Positions 18,060 through 25,995 of a stretch of DNA of 64,000 nt are shown in pieces. The DNA is from Planktomarina sp. (lineage in GTDB: Bacteria; Pseudomonadota; Alphaproteobacteria; Rhodobacterales; Rhodobacteraceae): positions 17,433-81,432 of the forward strand of contig JAHDCP010000002.1 of assembly GCA_020629775.1 (NCBI GenBank), written 5' to 3'. The notes beneath the pieces are model-generated. The model was not told the DNA's origin, did not search any database, and saw only the letters and a list, made by a program, of their open reading frames with translations. The position numbers were made by a program, and so were the translations under genes. The number at the start of each line of letters is the position of its first letter. Within the stretch, counting starts at the first letter, position 1.

Positions 18060-19247
18060 TTATTGCCGGGTTGCGGTCAGCTCGAAGCTGATCGCAACCT
18101 CAAACCCCAAGCTGCTGGCGTCAGTTTGGTCGGTGCCGATTTTATATTCCAGCCGCTGCACAATTCCGGACCCTTTGGCCGTGGCTGTTCCATTGTCCAG
18201 GGTTCGGATTTTGACCGATAAATCCAGGTCATTTTCAATCCCTTTCAGCGACAAAACACCGTTCACGTCATACATTTCAGGCATATCGGTCGCCATGATT
18301 TCCCCGGTGAAGGTGGCAGTCGCGAATGTCTGGGTGTCGAAATATGCGGGCCCCATGGCCTGCTGGGTGACACTTCCCAAAGACAACGAACTGATGTCGA
18401 TCACGGCTTCAACGTTGCCAGCTTTGCCGTTTGTGACCTTAGGATCAAACGCAATGAACGCCGTCCAGTTGTCAAACTGGCCCTGCACGTCTGTCCCGAA
18501 TTGTTTGATGGCAATTGCCAATGTGCCGTCTTGAACAGCCCAATCACTGGGGGTCGCGGCCAGGTCCAACTGCGCAGAATTGGTATCTTTTATCGCGGAT
18601 GGCAGCGTAATCGCAGCGACGCCACCAAATATGGCCAAAGCCAAAACGGGGGCCAGAATGCTGTGTTTGGCGGTTTCGGGATCACCTGCCTCCAGGCCAA
18701 ATGCCATACGGCGCAGGGTATCATCTTTATCCCAAAAATGGTGCTTAAGCGCGCCGATGATATGCAGCATGATTGAGGCCAAAAGGATTTTTTGCCACGC
18801 CATGTGCACGATCCCGGCAGCGGAGGACAACCAAACCGATTTGGGGATAAACCAAAGATTTTGCCCAAACGGCCACCAAATGGGCGCGAATCCTTCGCTT
18901 GCGGCATGGCTTATCCACCCTGCCAATGGGACAACCACCAAAGCCACATACAGGGCCCAATGCACCAATTCGGCCAACGTGCGCTCGGCGGTATTTCCTG
19001 CGTTCAACAAAACGGGGCGCGGTTGTGATATCGCCCAGATGATCCGAAAAATGGCTACGAAAAATGCAGTAATCCCGACGGTTTTATGCATTGAAAACAG
19101 CCAGGCTTTGCGGGCCAATGCGTCAGCCGTGTCAAAAGCAGCGTCGTGCGCCATCATGCCCAAAACGATGGCGGCAATGATCAATAAGGCAGTCAACCAA
19201 TGAAAAACGCGGGTGACAAATCCAAAACGTGTGGCCGTGTTGTGCAT
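18060..19247 (-). CDS. cytochrome b561-family membrane domain fused to a YceI-like domain
   Basis: The N-terminal ~190 aa has 4 TM helices with conserved His residues (FHWLTALLII..., ...LKHHFWDKD). The C-terminal ~190 aa is YceI-like (DWAVQDGTLAIAIKQFGTDVQGQFDNW...). Confidence 0.75.
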   Translation of the reverse strand: MHNTATRFGFVTRVFHWLTALLIIAAIVLGMMAHDAAFDTADALARKAWLFSMHKTVGITAFFVAIFRIIWAISQPRPVLLNAGNTAERTLAELVHWALYVALVVVPLAGWISHAASEGFAPIWWPFGQNLWFIPKSVWLSSAAGIVHMAWQKILLASIMLHIIGALKHHFWDKDDTLRRMAFGLEAGDPETAKHSILAPVLALAIFGGVAAITLPSAIKDTNSAQLDLAATPSDWAVQDGTLAIAIKQFGTDVQGQFDNWTAFIAFDPKVTNGKAGNVEAVIDISSLSLGSVTQQAMGPAYFDTQTFATATFTGEIMATDMPEMYDVNGVLSLKGIENDLDLSVKIRTLDNGTATAKGSGIVQRLEYKIGTDQTDASSLGFEVAISFELTATRQ

Positions 19248-19375
19248 GGGAATACCTTTCCTTTTGACCGCCTACATAAAGCAAACGCCGCCTTGGCTTA
19301 ACCCCCCAAGCTGTGCACAGTTGCGCAGAAGGTGTGCCCATAGTATCCGGCCTTTACGCAAAGGAAGGGGACACC

Positions 19376-20311
19376 ATGAAGGCATTTGTATTTCCGGGCC
19401 AAGGCGCCCAAGCCATCGGAATGGGACAGGCCCTTGCTGCCCAATATCCCGCATCAAAAGAAGTTTTTGACCAGGTGGACAAAGCGCTGGGGGAAAATCT
19501 GTCTGGATTAATCTGGGACGGCGACGTTGAAACGCTGACCATGACCGCCAATGCGCAACCCGCGTTAATGGCCACGTCTTTGGCCGCCATGAAAGCCTTG
19601 GAAACAGAGGGTTTTTCCGTGACTGACGCGGCCTTGGTGGCGGGCCATTCGCTGGGGGAATATTCCGCCTTGGCGGCCGCAGGCGCGTTGACCATTGCGG
19701 ACACGGCACGCCTGCTGCGTATTCGTGGTTTGGCCATGCAAGATGCAGTGCCAGTTGGCGTTGGGGCCATGGCTGCCTTGTTGGGTCTTGATTTCGAAAC
19801 AGCGCAAGCGGTGGCAGCTGAGGCTGCCCAAGGTGAAGTTTGCCAAGCGGCAAACGATAATGATCCCGGCCAGGTGGTGGTTTCAGGCCACAAAGCGGCC
19901 GTAGAACGCGCCGTGGACTTGGCCAAAGAAAAGGGTGCAAAACGCGCAGTTCTTTTGCCTGTAAGTGCACCGTTCCATTGTTCGCTGATGGAACCTGCAG
20001 CTGCCAAAATGGCAGAAGCCCTGGGTGACGTTGATATTCAAAGGCCAGCAGTTCCTGTGGTGGCCAATGTGCGCGCAGATGCGGTGTCTGACCCATCTTT
20101 GATCCGCAGTTTGTTGGTGGAACAGGTGACCGGGTCCGTGCGTTGGCGCGAATCTGTGGGCTATATGGCGGCCCAAGGCGTGACAGAAATTTGGGAAATC
20201 GGTGCAGGCAAAGCCCTGTCTGGCATGATACGCCGTATCGACCGTTCCATTGCCTGTTCCCCCGTGGGAACGCCTGATGACATTGCGAAACTAACCGCAG
20301 CAAAGGACTGA
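19376..20311 (+). CDS. fabD: malonyl-CoA:ACP transacylase
   Basis: MKAFVFPGQGAQAIGMG... and the active site GHSLGEYSAL. The ATG at 19376 follows AAGGAAGGGG. Confidence 0.95.
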   Translation: MKAFVFPGQGAQAIGMGQALAAQYPASKEVFDQVDKALGENLSGLIWDGDVETLTMTANAQPALMATSLAAMKALETEGFSVTDAALVAGHSLGEYSALAAAGALTIADTARLLRIRGLAMQDAVPVGVGAMAALLGLDFETAQAVAAEAAQGEVCQAANDNDPGQVVVSGHKAAVERAVDLAKEKGAKRAVLLPVSAPFHCSLMEPAAAKMAEALGDVDIQRPAVPVVANVRADAVSDPSLIRSLLVEQVTGSVRWRESVGYMAAQGVTEIWEIGAGKALSGMIRRIDRSIACSPVGTPDDIAKLTAAKD

Positions 20312-20314
20312 TAC

Positions 20315-21052
20315 ATGTTTGATCTTACAGGAAAAAATGCCCTGGTGACCGGCGCTTCGGGCGGCATTGGTGGCGCGATTGCTAAATCACTTCACGCAGC
20401 AGGGGCAACAGTTGGTTTGTCTGGCACACGGGTGGATCCGCTGCAGGCACTGGCTGACGAACTGGGGGATCGTGCCCATGTTTTGCCGTGCAATCTGTCG
20501 GATGCAGAGGCCGTAACGGCACTTCCAAAAGACGCCGCTGCAGCCATGGGCAGCGTGGATATTTTGGTGAACAACGCAGGGGTGACCAAAGACAATTTGT
20601 TCATGCGGATGTCCGATGAAGAATGGTCAACAGTTTTGGATATCAACCTGACCAGCACCATGCGTCTTTGTAAGGGTGTGATGCGGGGCATGATGAAGGC
20701 GCGTTGGGGCCGGATTGTTAACATCAGTTCTATCGTTGGGGCCACGGGTAACCCTGGGCAGGCAAACTATGCCGCGTCCAAGGCGGGAATGGTGGGGATG
20801 TCAAAATCTTTGGCTTATGAAGTGGCCAGCCGTGGGATCACGGTGAACTGCGTTGCGCCAGGGTTCATCACCACCGCGATGACGGAAAAGCTGACCGATG
20901 ATCAAAAATCTGGTATTCTGGCCCAAGTGCCCGCAGGCCGGATGGGTGATGCTGCCGAAATCGCGGCGGCAACGTTGTACTTGGCCAGCCCTGAAGCTGG
21001 ATACACCACCGGCACAACACTGCACGTGAATGGCGGCATGGCGATGCTGTAA
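20315..21052 (+). CDS. fabG: 3-oxoacyl-ACP reductase
   Basis: VTGASGGIGGAIA, NNAGVTKD and YAASKAGMVGMSK are the SDR motifs. It sits between fabD and acpP. Confidence 0.95.
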   Translation: MFDLTGKNALVTGASGGIGGAIAKSLHAAGATVGLSGTRVDPLQALADELGDRAHVLPCNLSDAEAVTALPKDAAAAMGSVDILVNNAGVTKDNLFMRMSDEEWSTVLDINLTSTMRLCKGVMRGMMKARWGRIVNISSIVGATGNPGQANYAASKAGMVGMSKSLAYEVASRGITVNCVAPGFITTAMTEKLTDDQKSGILAQVPAGRMGDAAEIAAATLYLASPEAGYTTGTTLHVNGGMAML

Positions 21053-21245
21053 CGTCATTTCCGGAACGGGGACAAATCGTTTGCGGTCCGGAAACTCTGT
21101 GTTATAGGCACCGCCAACCGCGTGGGGTCTTGTATTACCCTACGTCACTCCCTTAGTTGGGGGTCAAGACGTCCCCAAGTCGGGGACCCAACCGGGGGTT
21201 TCCCCCACCGCGGCCTTCGGCCCCGGATCTAATGAGGACAAAAAG

Positions 21246-21479
21246 ATGAGCGACGTCGCAGACCGCGTTAAAAAAATTGTTGTTGAGCACCTGAGCGTGG
21301 AAGAAGACAAAGTCACCGACAACGCTTCTTTCATTGACGACTTGGGCGCTGACAGCTTGGACACTGTTGAATTGGTTATGGCATTCGAAGAGGAATTCGG
21401 CATCGAAATCCCTGACGACGCTGCTGAAACCATCCAAACCTTTGGCGATGCAACAAAATTCATCTCCGAAGCTGTTTAA
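21246..21479 (+). CDS. acpP: acyl carrier protein
   Basis: 77 aa with the phosphopantetheine attachment motif [14 protein letters not shown]. Confidence 0.97.
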   Translation: MSDVADRVKKIVVEHLSVEEDKVTDNASFIDDLGADSLDTVELVMAFEEEFGIEIPDDAAETIQTFGDATKFISEAV

Positions 21480-21504
21480 GCTTTGCTGATTTATTGCTGA
21501 TTTG

Positions 21505-21540
21505 AACGGCACCCAGTTTTTGGGTGCCGTTTTTCGTTTT
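21505..21540 (+). terminator. rho-independent terminator/attenuator after acpP
   Basis: ACGGCACCCA-gtttt-TGGGTGCCGT forms a 10-bp perfect stem, followed by TTTTcgTTTT. Confidence 0.85.
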
Positions 21541-21614
21541 ATGAGGCTGCAAACCATTGTGTGGTGTGCCCGTGCCGCGTAAAACCCTAAAAAATACGAA
21601 GAAAGAGGTCCGCC

Positions 21615-22874
21615 ATGCGCCGTGTTGTTGTCACCGGATTGGGAATGGTCAGCCCCCTTGCAGATGGGGTGGAAGCCACCTGGGCACGCCTTTTGGCGGG
21701 CGAATCAGGCGCGGGGCCGATTACAAAGTTTGATGCCAGCAATGTGGTGACCAAATACGCCTGTGAAGTGCCTTTGGGGGACGGAACTGACGATACGTTC
21801 GATGCTGGCAAATACATGTCGCCCAAAGAACAGCGCAAAGTGGATGATTTTATCGTTTTCGGCATCGCTGCGGCCCAACAAGCTGTGGAAGACAGCGGTT
21901 GGATGCCTGAAGACACTGAATCTTTGGAACGCACGGGCGTTATGATTGGATCTGGTATCGGTGGTTTGCAGTCCATTGCAGACACAGCTGTTTTGATCAA
22001 AGAACGTGGGCCCAAGCGGGTATCGCCATTCTTTATTCCAGGCGCTTTGATTAACTTGGTGTCTGGCCAGGTCAGCATCAAATACGGTTTCAAAGGCCCC
22101 AACCATTCGGTCGTGACAGCCTGTTCCACCGGGGCCCATGCCATTGGTGACGCAGCGCGGTTCATCAAATCTGGGGATGCAGATGTGATGGTGGCAGGGG
22201 GCGCAGAAAGCGCCATCTGCGAAATCGGCATCGCGGGCTTCAATGCCTGTAAGGCCCTGTCCACAAAGGGTGAATCCGATCCCAAGACGGCCAGTCGCCC
22301 CTATGATGCGGACCGTGACGGCTTTGTAATGGGTGAAGGTGCCGGCATCGTGGTGTTGGAAGAATACGAACATGCCAAGGCGCGCGGCGCCAAGATTTAC
22401 GCTGAGGTTTTGGGGTACGGTTTGTCCGGTGACGCGTATCACATCACAGCCCCATCATCCGATGGCGAAGGCGGCGAACGGTCCATGCGCGCTGCGTTGA
22501 AAAACGCAGGCATTGCCGAAACGGATATCGAATATATCAACGCCCATGGCACATCCACCATGGCGGATACGATCGAATTGGGCGCTGTGGAACGGCTTTT
22601 GGGGGATCATGCGGGGAATGTGACCATGTCTTCCACAAAATCCGCAACGGGGCACCTGTTGGGGGCCGCTGGCGCGATTGAAGCGATTTTTTCTATCCTG
22701 GCGATTCGGGACCAAGTGGCCCCGCCCACCATCAACTTGGACAATCCAGCGGTGGAAAGCCCTGTTGATTTGGCCCCAAATGCCAAACGGCCACGCAAAA
22801 TTAATGTCGCTTTGTCGAATTCTTTTGGCTTTGGCGGCACCAATGCCAGTGTGATTTTTGGGGCTGTAAAATAA
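21615..22874 (+). CDS. fabF: beta-ketoacyl-ACP synthase II
   Basis: Active-site Cys in ACSTGAHAIGDA, plus NAHGTSTMADT, SATGHLLGAAG and NSFGFGGTNAS. Confidence 0.95.
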   Translation: MRRVVVTGLGMVSPLADGVEATWARLLAGESGAGPITKFDASNVVTKYACEVPLGDGTDDTFDAGKYMSPKEQRKVDDFIVFGIAAAQQAVEDSGWMPEDTESLERTGVMIGSGIGGLQSIADTAVLIKERGPKRVSPFFIPGALINLVSGQVSIKYGFKGPNHSVVTACSTGAHAIGDAARFIKSGDADVMVAGGAESAICEIGIAGFNACKALSTKGESDPKTASRPYDADRDGFVMGEGAGIVVLEEYEHAKARGAKIYAEVLGYGLSGDAYHITAPSSDGEGGERSMRAALKNAGIAETDIEYINAHGTSTMADTIELGAVERLLGDHAGNVTMSSTKSATGHLLGAAGAIEAIFSILAIRDQVAPPTINLDNPAVESPVDLAPNAKRPRKINVALSNSFGFGGTNASVIFGAVK

Positions 22875-24029
22875 ATGTGGAAGGCCGTTGCCTCTAACGC
22901 GTTAAGCGTTCTGGTTGTTTTGCTGTTCGTGTTGGGCGGCGTGATATTAACCGGTCGGGAAAGCTTCCGGGCCGAAGGACCATTGGAAACTGCCATCTGC
23001 TTTCGTGTGGAAAGCGGTGCAAATTTCAACAGTGTTTCCAAAGGCTTGGCTTCAGAAGGGGCCGTATCCAGCGCACAGATTTTCAACATCGGTGTGGATT
23101 ATTCTGGCAAATCACAGGACCTGAAAGCTGGCAGTTACCTGATCCAGTCAGGGGCAACGATGGCGGAAATCAGCGATCTGTTGACCGGCACAGGGCGCAG
23201 TACATGCGGCACGGAAATCGTGTACCGCCTGGGGATTACGCGCCTGTCTGTGCAGGTCCGTGAATTGGACCCTGAAACAAACCGCTTCCAAGCGTTGGAA
23301 ACGTTTAATCCCACGGAAGATACGGTACCAGAAGCCTATACCCGCCTGCGCGAACAGTCTGATACAAAGATTCGCATGGCCGTGGCAGAAGGTATCACCA
23401 GCTGGCAGGTGGTTAACCATCTGAATTCCATCGATTTTCTGAAAGGTTCCGTTGCGGAAATCCCCGCGGAAGGCAGCCTTGCGCCAGACAGTTATGAAAT
23501 TCGTCCAGGCGATGACCGCAATGAAATTTTGGCACGCATGTCCGCCGCCCAAACACGTCTTGTGGCCCAGGCATGGGCAGATCGGGCCGCTGACAGCCCT
23601 GTTTCAAACGAAGCGGACTTGGTGATTCTGGCATCGATCATTGAAAAAGAAACGGCTGAACCTGACGAACGGGGCATGGTGGCATCGGTGTTTGCCAACC
23701 GTCTGCGCCAGGGCATGAAGCTGCAAACCGACCCCACCGTCATTTACGGGATTACCAAGGGTGAAGGCATTCTTGGCCGGGGCCTGCGTCGCAGTGAACT
23801 GCGCGCGCCAACCCCTTGGAACACTTACGTCATTCCCGCGTTGCCCCCCACGCCCATCGCCAATCCAGGGCGTGCTGCGTTGCGGGCGGCCGCTGATCCA
23901 GACAGCACCGATTTCATCTTCTTTGTGGCGGATGGAACAGGGGGGCACGCCTTTGCCGTGACCCTGGCCGAACACAACCGCAATGTTGCGGCTTGGCGTA
24001 AGATCGAAGCAGAACGCGCCGAAAACTGA
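22875..24029 (+). CDS. mltG: endolytic murein transglycosylase (YceG family)
   Basis: N-terminal TM anchor plus YceG-like motifs (LAPDSYEI, LASIIEKET, GGHAFAVTLAEHN). It sits in the conserved position after fabF. Confidence 0.85.
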   Translation: MWKAVASNALSVLVVLLFVLGGVILTGRESFRAEGPLETAICFRVESGANFNSVSKGLASEGAVSSAQIFNIGVDYSGKSQDLKAGSYLIQSGATMAEISDLLTGTGRSTCGTEIVYRLGITRLSVQVRELDPETNRFQALETFNPTEDTVPEAYTRLREQSDTKIRMAVAEGITSWQVVNHLNSIDFLKGSVAEIPAEGSLAPDSYEIRPGDDRNEILARMSAAQTRLVAQAWADRAADSPVSNEADLVILASIIEKETAEPDERGMVASVFANRLRQGMKLQTDPTVIYGITKGEGILGRGLRRSELRAPTPWNTYVIPALPPTPIANPGRAALRAAADPDSTDFIFFVADGTGGHAFAVTLAEHNRNVAAWRKIEAERAEN

Positions 24030-24031
24030 GA

Positions 24032-24057
24032 TTAACCGACTGTTAATAAACGGTTAA
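24032..24057 (+). promoter_or_regulatory. two overlapping CtrA-type boxes (TTAA-N7-TTAA-N7-TTAA) upstream of GTA g1
   Basis: TTAA at 24032, 24043 and 24054, with exact 11-bp phasing, inside the inverted repeat GATTAACCG(24030-38)/CGGTTAATC(24051-59). About 120-145 nt upstream of the g1 ATG. Confidence 0.5.
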
Positions 24058-24176
24058 TCCACCGACCTTCCCAAAAACACCTCGCTTGCTTTTGCGCTGC
24101 TATAGCTGCACCCTGTTCTAGCTAGAGGTTGGCGTTCGCCGTCAACCCTCGTGCGGTCAGCATGAGAGGCAACAAC

Positions 24177-24518
24177 ATGACATCGCACAAACCCGTCACG
24201 GATGACGGGCGTGAGGATCCATTCGTAACCCACACTCGGGATGCGTTGGATCGTCACCTCACCCGGATTTCTAACGTCATCAAAGCGTTAGAGGCCGAAG
24301 ACCCCTTGGGCACGTCTGAGACAAAGCCCTTAGTCAACGCGCTTGAAGTGGCCGTGTCGGCCATCTTGAAGTTGGAGAAAAACATTGCAGGCACTTCCCA
24401 AAAAACGCGGGCCCCGCAAGTCCAGGCAGATCCCCTTAACCTCAACGCCTTGCGGTCTTCGATCGGGGGCCAGTTGGATAAGTTGCGCGCCGCGCAACGT
24501 GCAAAGGGACTTCCTTAA
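24177..24518 (+). CDS. g1: GTA g1, small terminase-like protein
   Basis: Small helical protein immediately upstream of, and overlapping, the large terminase, which is the g1 position in RcGTA-type clusters. The ATG at 24177 is 8 nt after GAGAGG; the track start at 24129 is a TTG. Confidence 0.55.
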   Translation: MTSHKPVTDDGREDPFVTHTRDALDRHLTRISNVIKALEAEDPLGTSETKPLVNALEVAVSAILKLEKNIAGTSQKTRAPQVQADPLNLNALRSSIGGQLDKLRAAQRAKGLP

Positions 24519-25791
24519 TGGGTTGGACGACGCGGAAATGGCCGCCTTGCCGTATCTGTGGGACTTCTGGGCCATGGATCACCAAATGCCGCCAGTGGGG
24601 GACTGGCGCGCATGGGTGGTGATTGGCGGGCGCGGGGCGGGTAAGACCCGCGCGGGGGCAGAATGGGTCAGGTCCCAAGTGGAAGGGGCCTTGCCCACAG
24701 ACAAGGGGCTGCGCACACGCGTGGCCCTGGTGGCCGATACCATTGATCAGGCCCGCGCGGTGATGATTGAGGGGGAAAGCGGGATTTTGGCCTGTTCGCC
24801 CCCCGACCGTCGCCCCAAGTGGGTGGCCAGCAAAAAGCAACTGGAATGGCCCAACGGCGCCGTGGCCCAGGTGTTTTCTGCCCAAGACCCCGATGCCTTG
24901 CGGGGCCCGCAATTCGATGCGGCTTGGGTGGATGAATTTGCCAAATTCCGCCGCGCCGAAGACACATGGGATATGTTGCAGTTGTGTTTGCGCGTGGGGT
25001 CCGATCCGCGCGTGGTGGTGACCACAACGCCCCAGGGTTTGCCAGCGTTGCGCAAAGTGTTGAACGACCCACGCACCGTCAAAACCCACGCTGCGACAGA
25101 TGTGAACGCCGCCAATTTGGCAGACAGTTTTCTGGCGGACGTGAAAGCCAAATACGCAGGCACCCGCATGGGGCGTCAGGAATTGGCGGGTGAAATTTTG
25201 GAAGGCGTGGACGGGGCGTTATGGAACCGTGACATGTTTGAAAAACGCGCGGTTGCGGGCAAAGCGTTTGACCGGATCGTCGTGGCGGTGGACCCGCCCG
25301 TCAGTTCTGGGCCCAAGGCCGATGAATGCGGAATTGTGGTGGTGGGGGCCAATATGCAAGGCCCGCGCCAGATGTGGACCGCAACGGTTTTGGCGGATGT
25401 CAGCCACAAGACCAATGGCCCCAACGATTGGGCCAAACGCGCCCAGCAAGCCATGATCGTCTTTGACGCAGACCGTCTGGTGGCGGAAGTGAACCAGGGC
25501 GGTGATATGGTCAAGCAAGTGATCCATTCGCGCGATCCGTTGATCCCGTTTCGCGCAGTGCATGCCAGCCGGGGCAAGGTGGCCCGGGCCGAACCTGTGG
25601 CCGCCCTGTACGAACAAGGGCGGATTTCCCATGTGGCGGGCCTGGACAAACTGGAAGATCAGATGTGCCTGATGGCCCCACAGGGGTTCCAAGGGCAGGG
25701 CAGTCCAGACCGGGTGGATGCCTTGGTGTGGGCAGTCACAGACCTGTTGTTGACGGGTGCCAAAAACAATCCCGGATTGCGTAACCTGTGA
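24499..25791 (+). CDS. g2: GTA g2, large terminase (TerL)
   Basis: Walker A VIGGRGAGKTRAGAEWV, followed by ATPase and nuclease halves. Start is uncertain, with in-frame candidates GTG 24499, TTG 24523 and ATG 24538. The track ORF opens at TTG 24385. Confidence 0.85.
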   Translation: MQRDFLNGLDDAEMAALPYLWDFWAMDHQMPPVGDWRAWVVIGGRGAGKTRAGAEWVRSQVEGALPTDKGLRTRVALVADTIDQARAVMIEGESGILACSPPDRRPKWVASKKQLEWPNGAVAQVFSAQDPDALRGPQFDAAWVDEFAKFRRAEDTWDMLQLCLRVGSDPRVVVTTTPQGLPALRKVLNDPRTVKTHAATDVNAANLADSFLADVKAKYAGTRMGRQELAGEILEGVDGALWNRDMFEKRAVAGKAFDRIVVAVDPPVSSGPKADECGIVVVGANMQGPRQMWTATVLADVSHKTNGPNDWAKRAQQAMIVFDADRLVAEVNQGGDMVKQVIHSRDPLIPFRAVHASRGKVARAEPVAALYEQGRISHVAGLDKLEDQMCLMAPQGFQGQGSPDRVDALVWAVTDLLLTGAKNNPGLRNL

Positions 25792-25794
25792 AAG

Positions 25795-25863
25795 CGATTT
25801 CTGTGACAGAAATCGTGGCAGAGTCCCTGTGGGACTCTGTTTCGGAAACTGTTTCAGTTTCCG
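25795..25863 (+). repeat. array of three consecutive perfect 21-nt hairpins (9-bp stem, 3-nt loop) at a 24-nt period
   Basis: H1 CGATTTCTG-tga-CAGAAATCG (25795-25815). H2 CAGAGTCCC-tgt-GGGACTCTG (25819-25839). H3 CGGAAACTG-ttt-CAGTTTCCG (25843-25863). The array starts 4 nt after the terL stop, and a T5 run lies at 25878-25882. Confidence 0.9.
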
Positions 25864-25888
25864 TGGATCTGGGCACGTTTTTCCAAGG

Positions 25889-25903
25889 TTAACAGGGTCT
25901 TAA
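25889..25903 (+). promoter_or_regulatory. perfect TTAA-N7-TTAA (CtrA-type box) upstream of the portal gene
   Basis: TTAAcagggtcTTAA, read directly. It lies 93 nt upstream of the portal ATG (25996) and 26 nt downstream of the hairpin array. Confidence 0.45.
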
Positions 25904-25995
25904 CGCCCCGCACGGGTAATTTTCTGCCCGCTAAACATTTTAAGTCAAATTGATTTCAACGACGCAAAACTGCGTGCCTTTGATTGGAGGGACCG

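Noticed and set aside
24518-24520. The ATG in the TAATG junction at the end of g1, considered as the terL start
   Set aside because: It is out of frame with the terminase ORF, where the codon is AAT at 24517-24519. In-frame candidates are GTG 24499, TTG 24523 and ATG 24538.
25795-25863. CRISPR-like array (also considered for the 11231-11280 repeat)
   Set aside because: The three palindromes are all different in sequence, with 3-nt spacers. The 11.2-kb repeat is a coding microsatellite. There are no repeat-spacer units and no cas genes.
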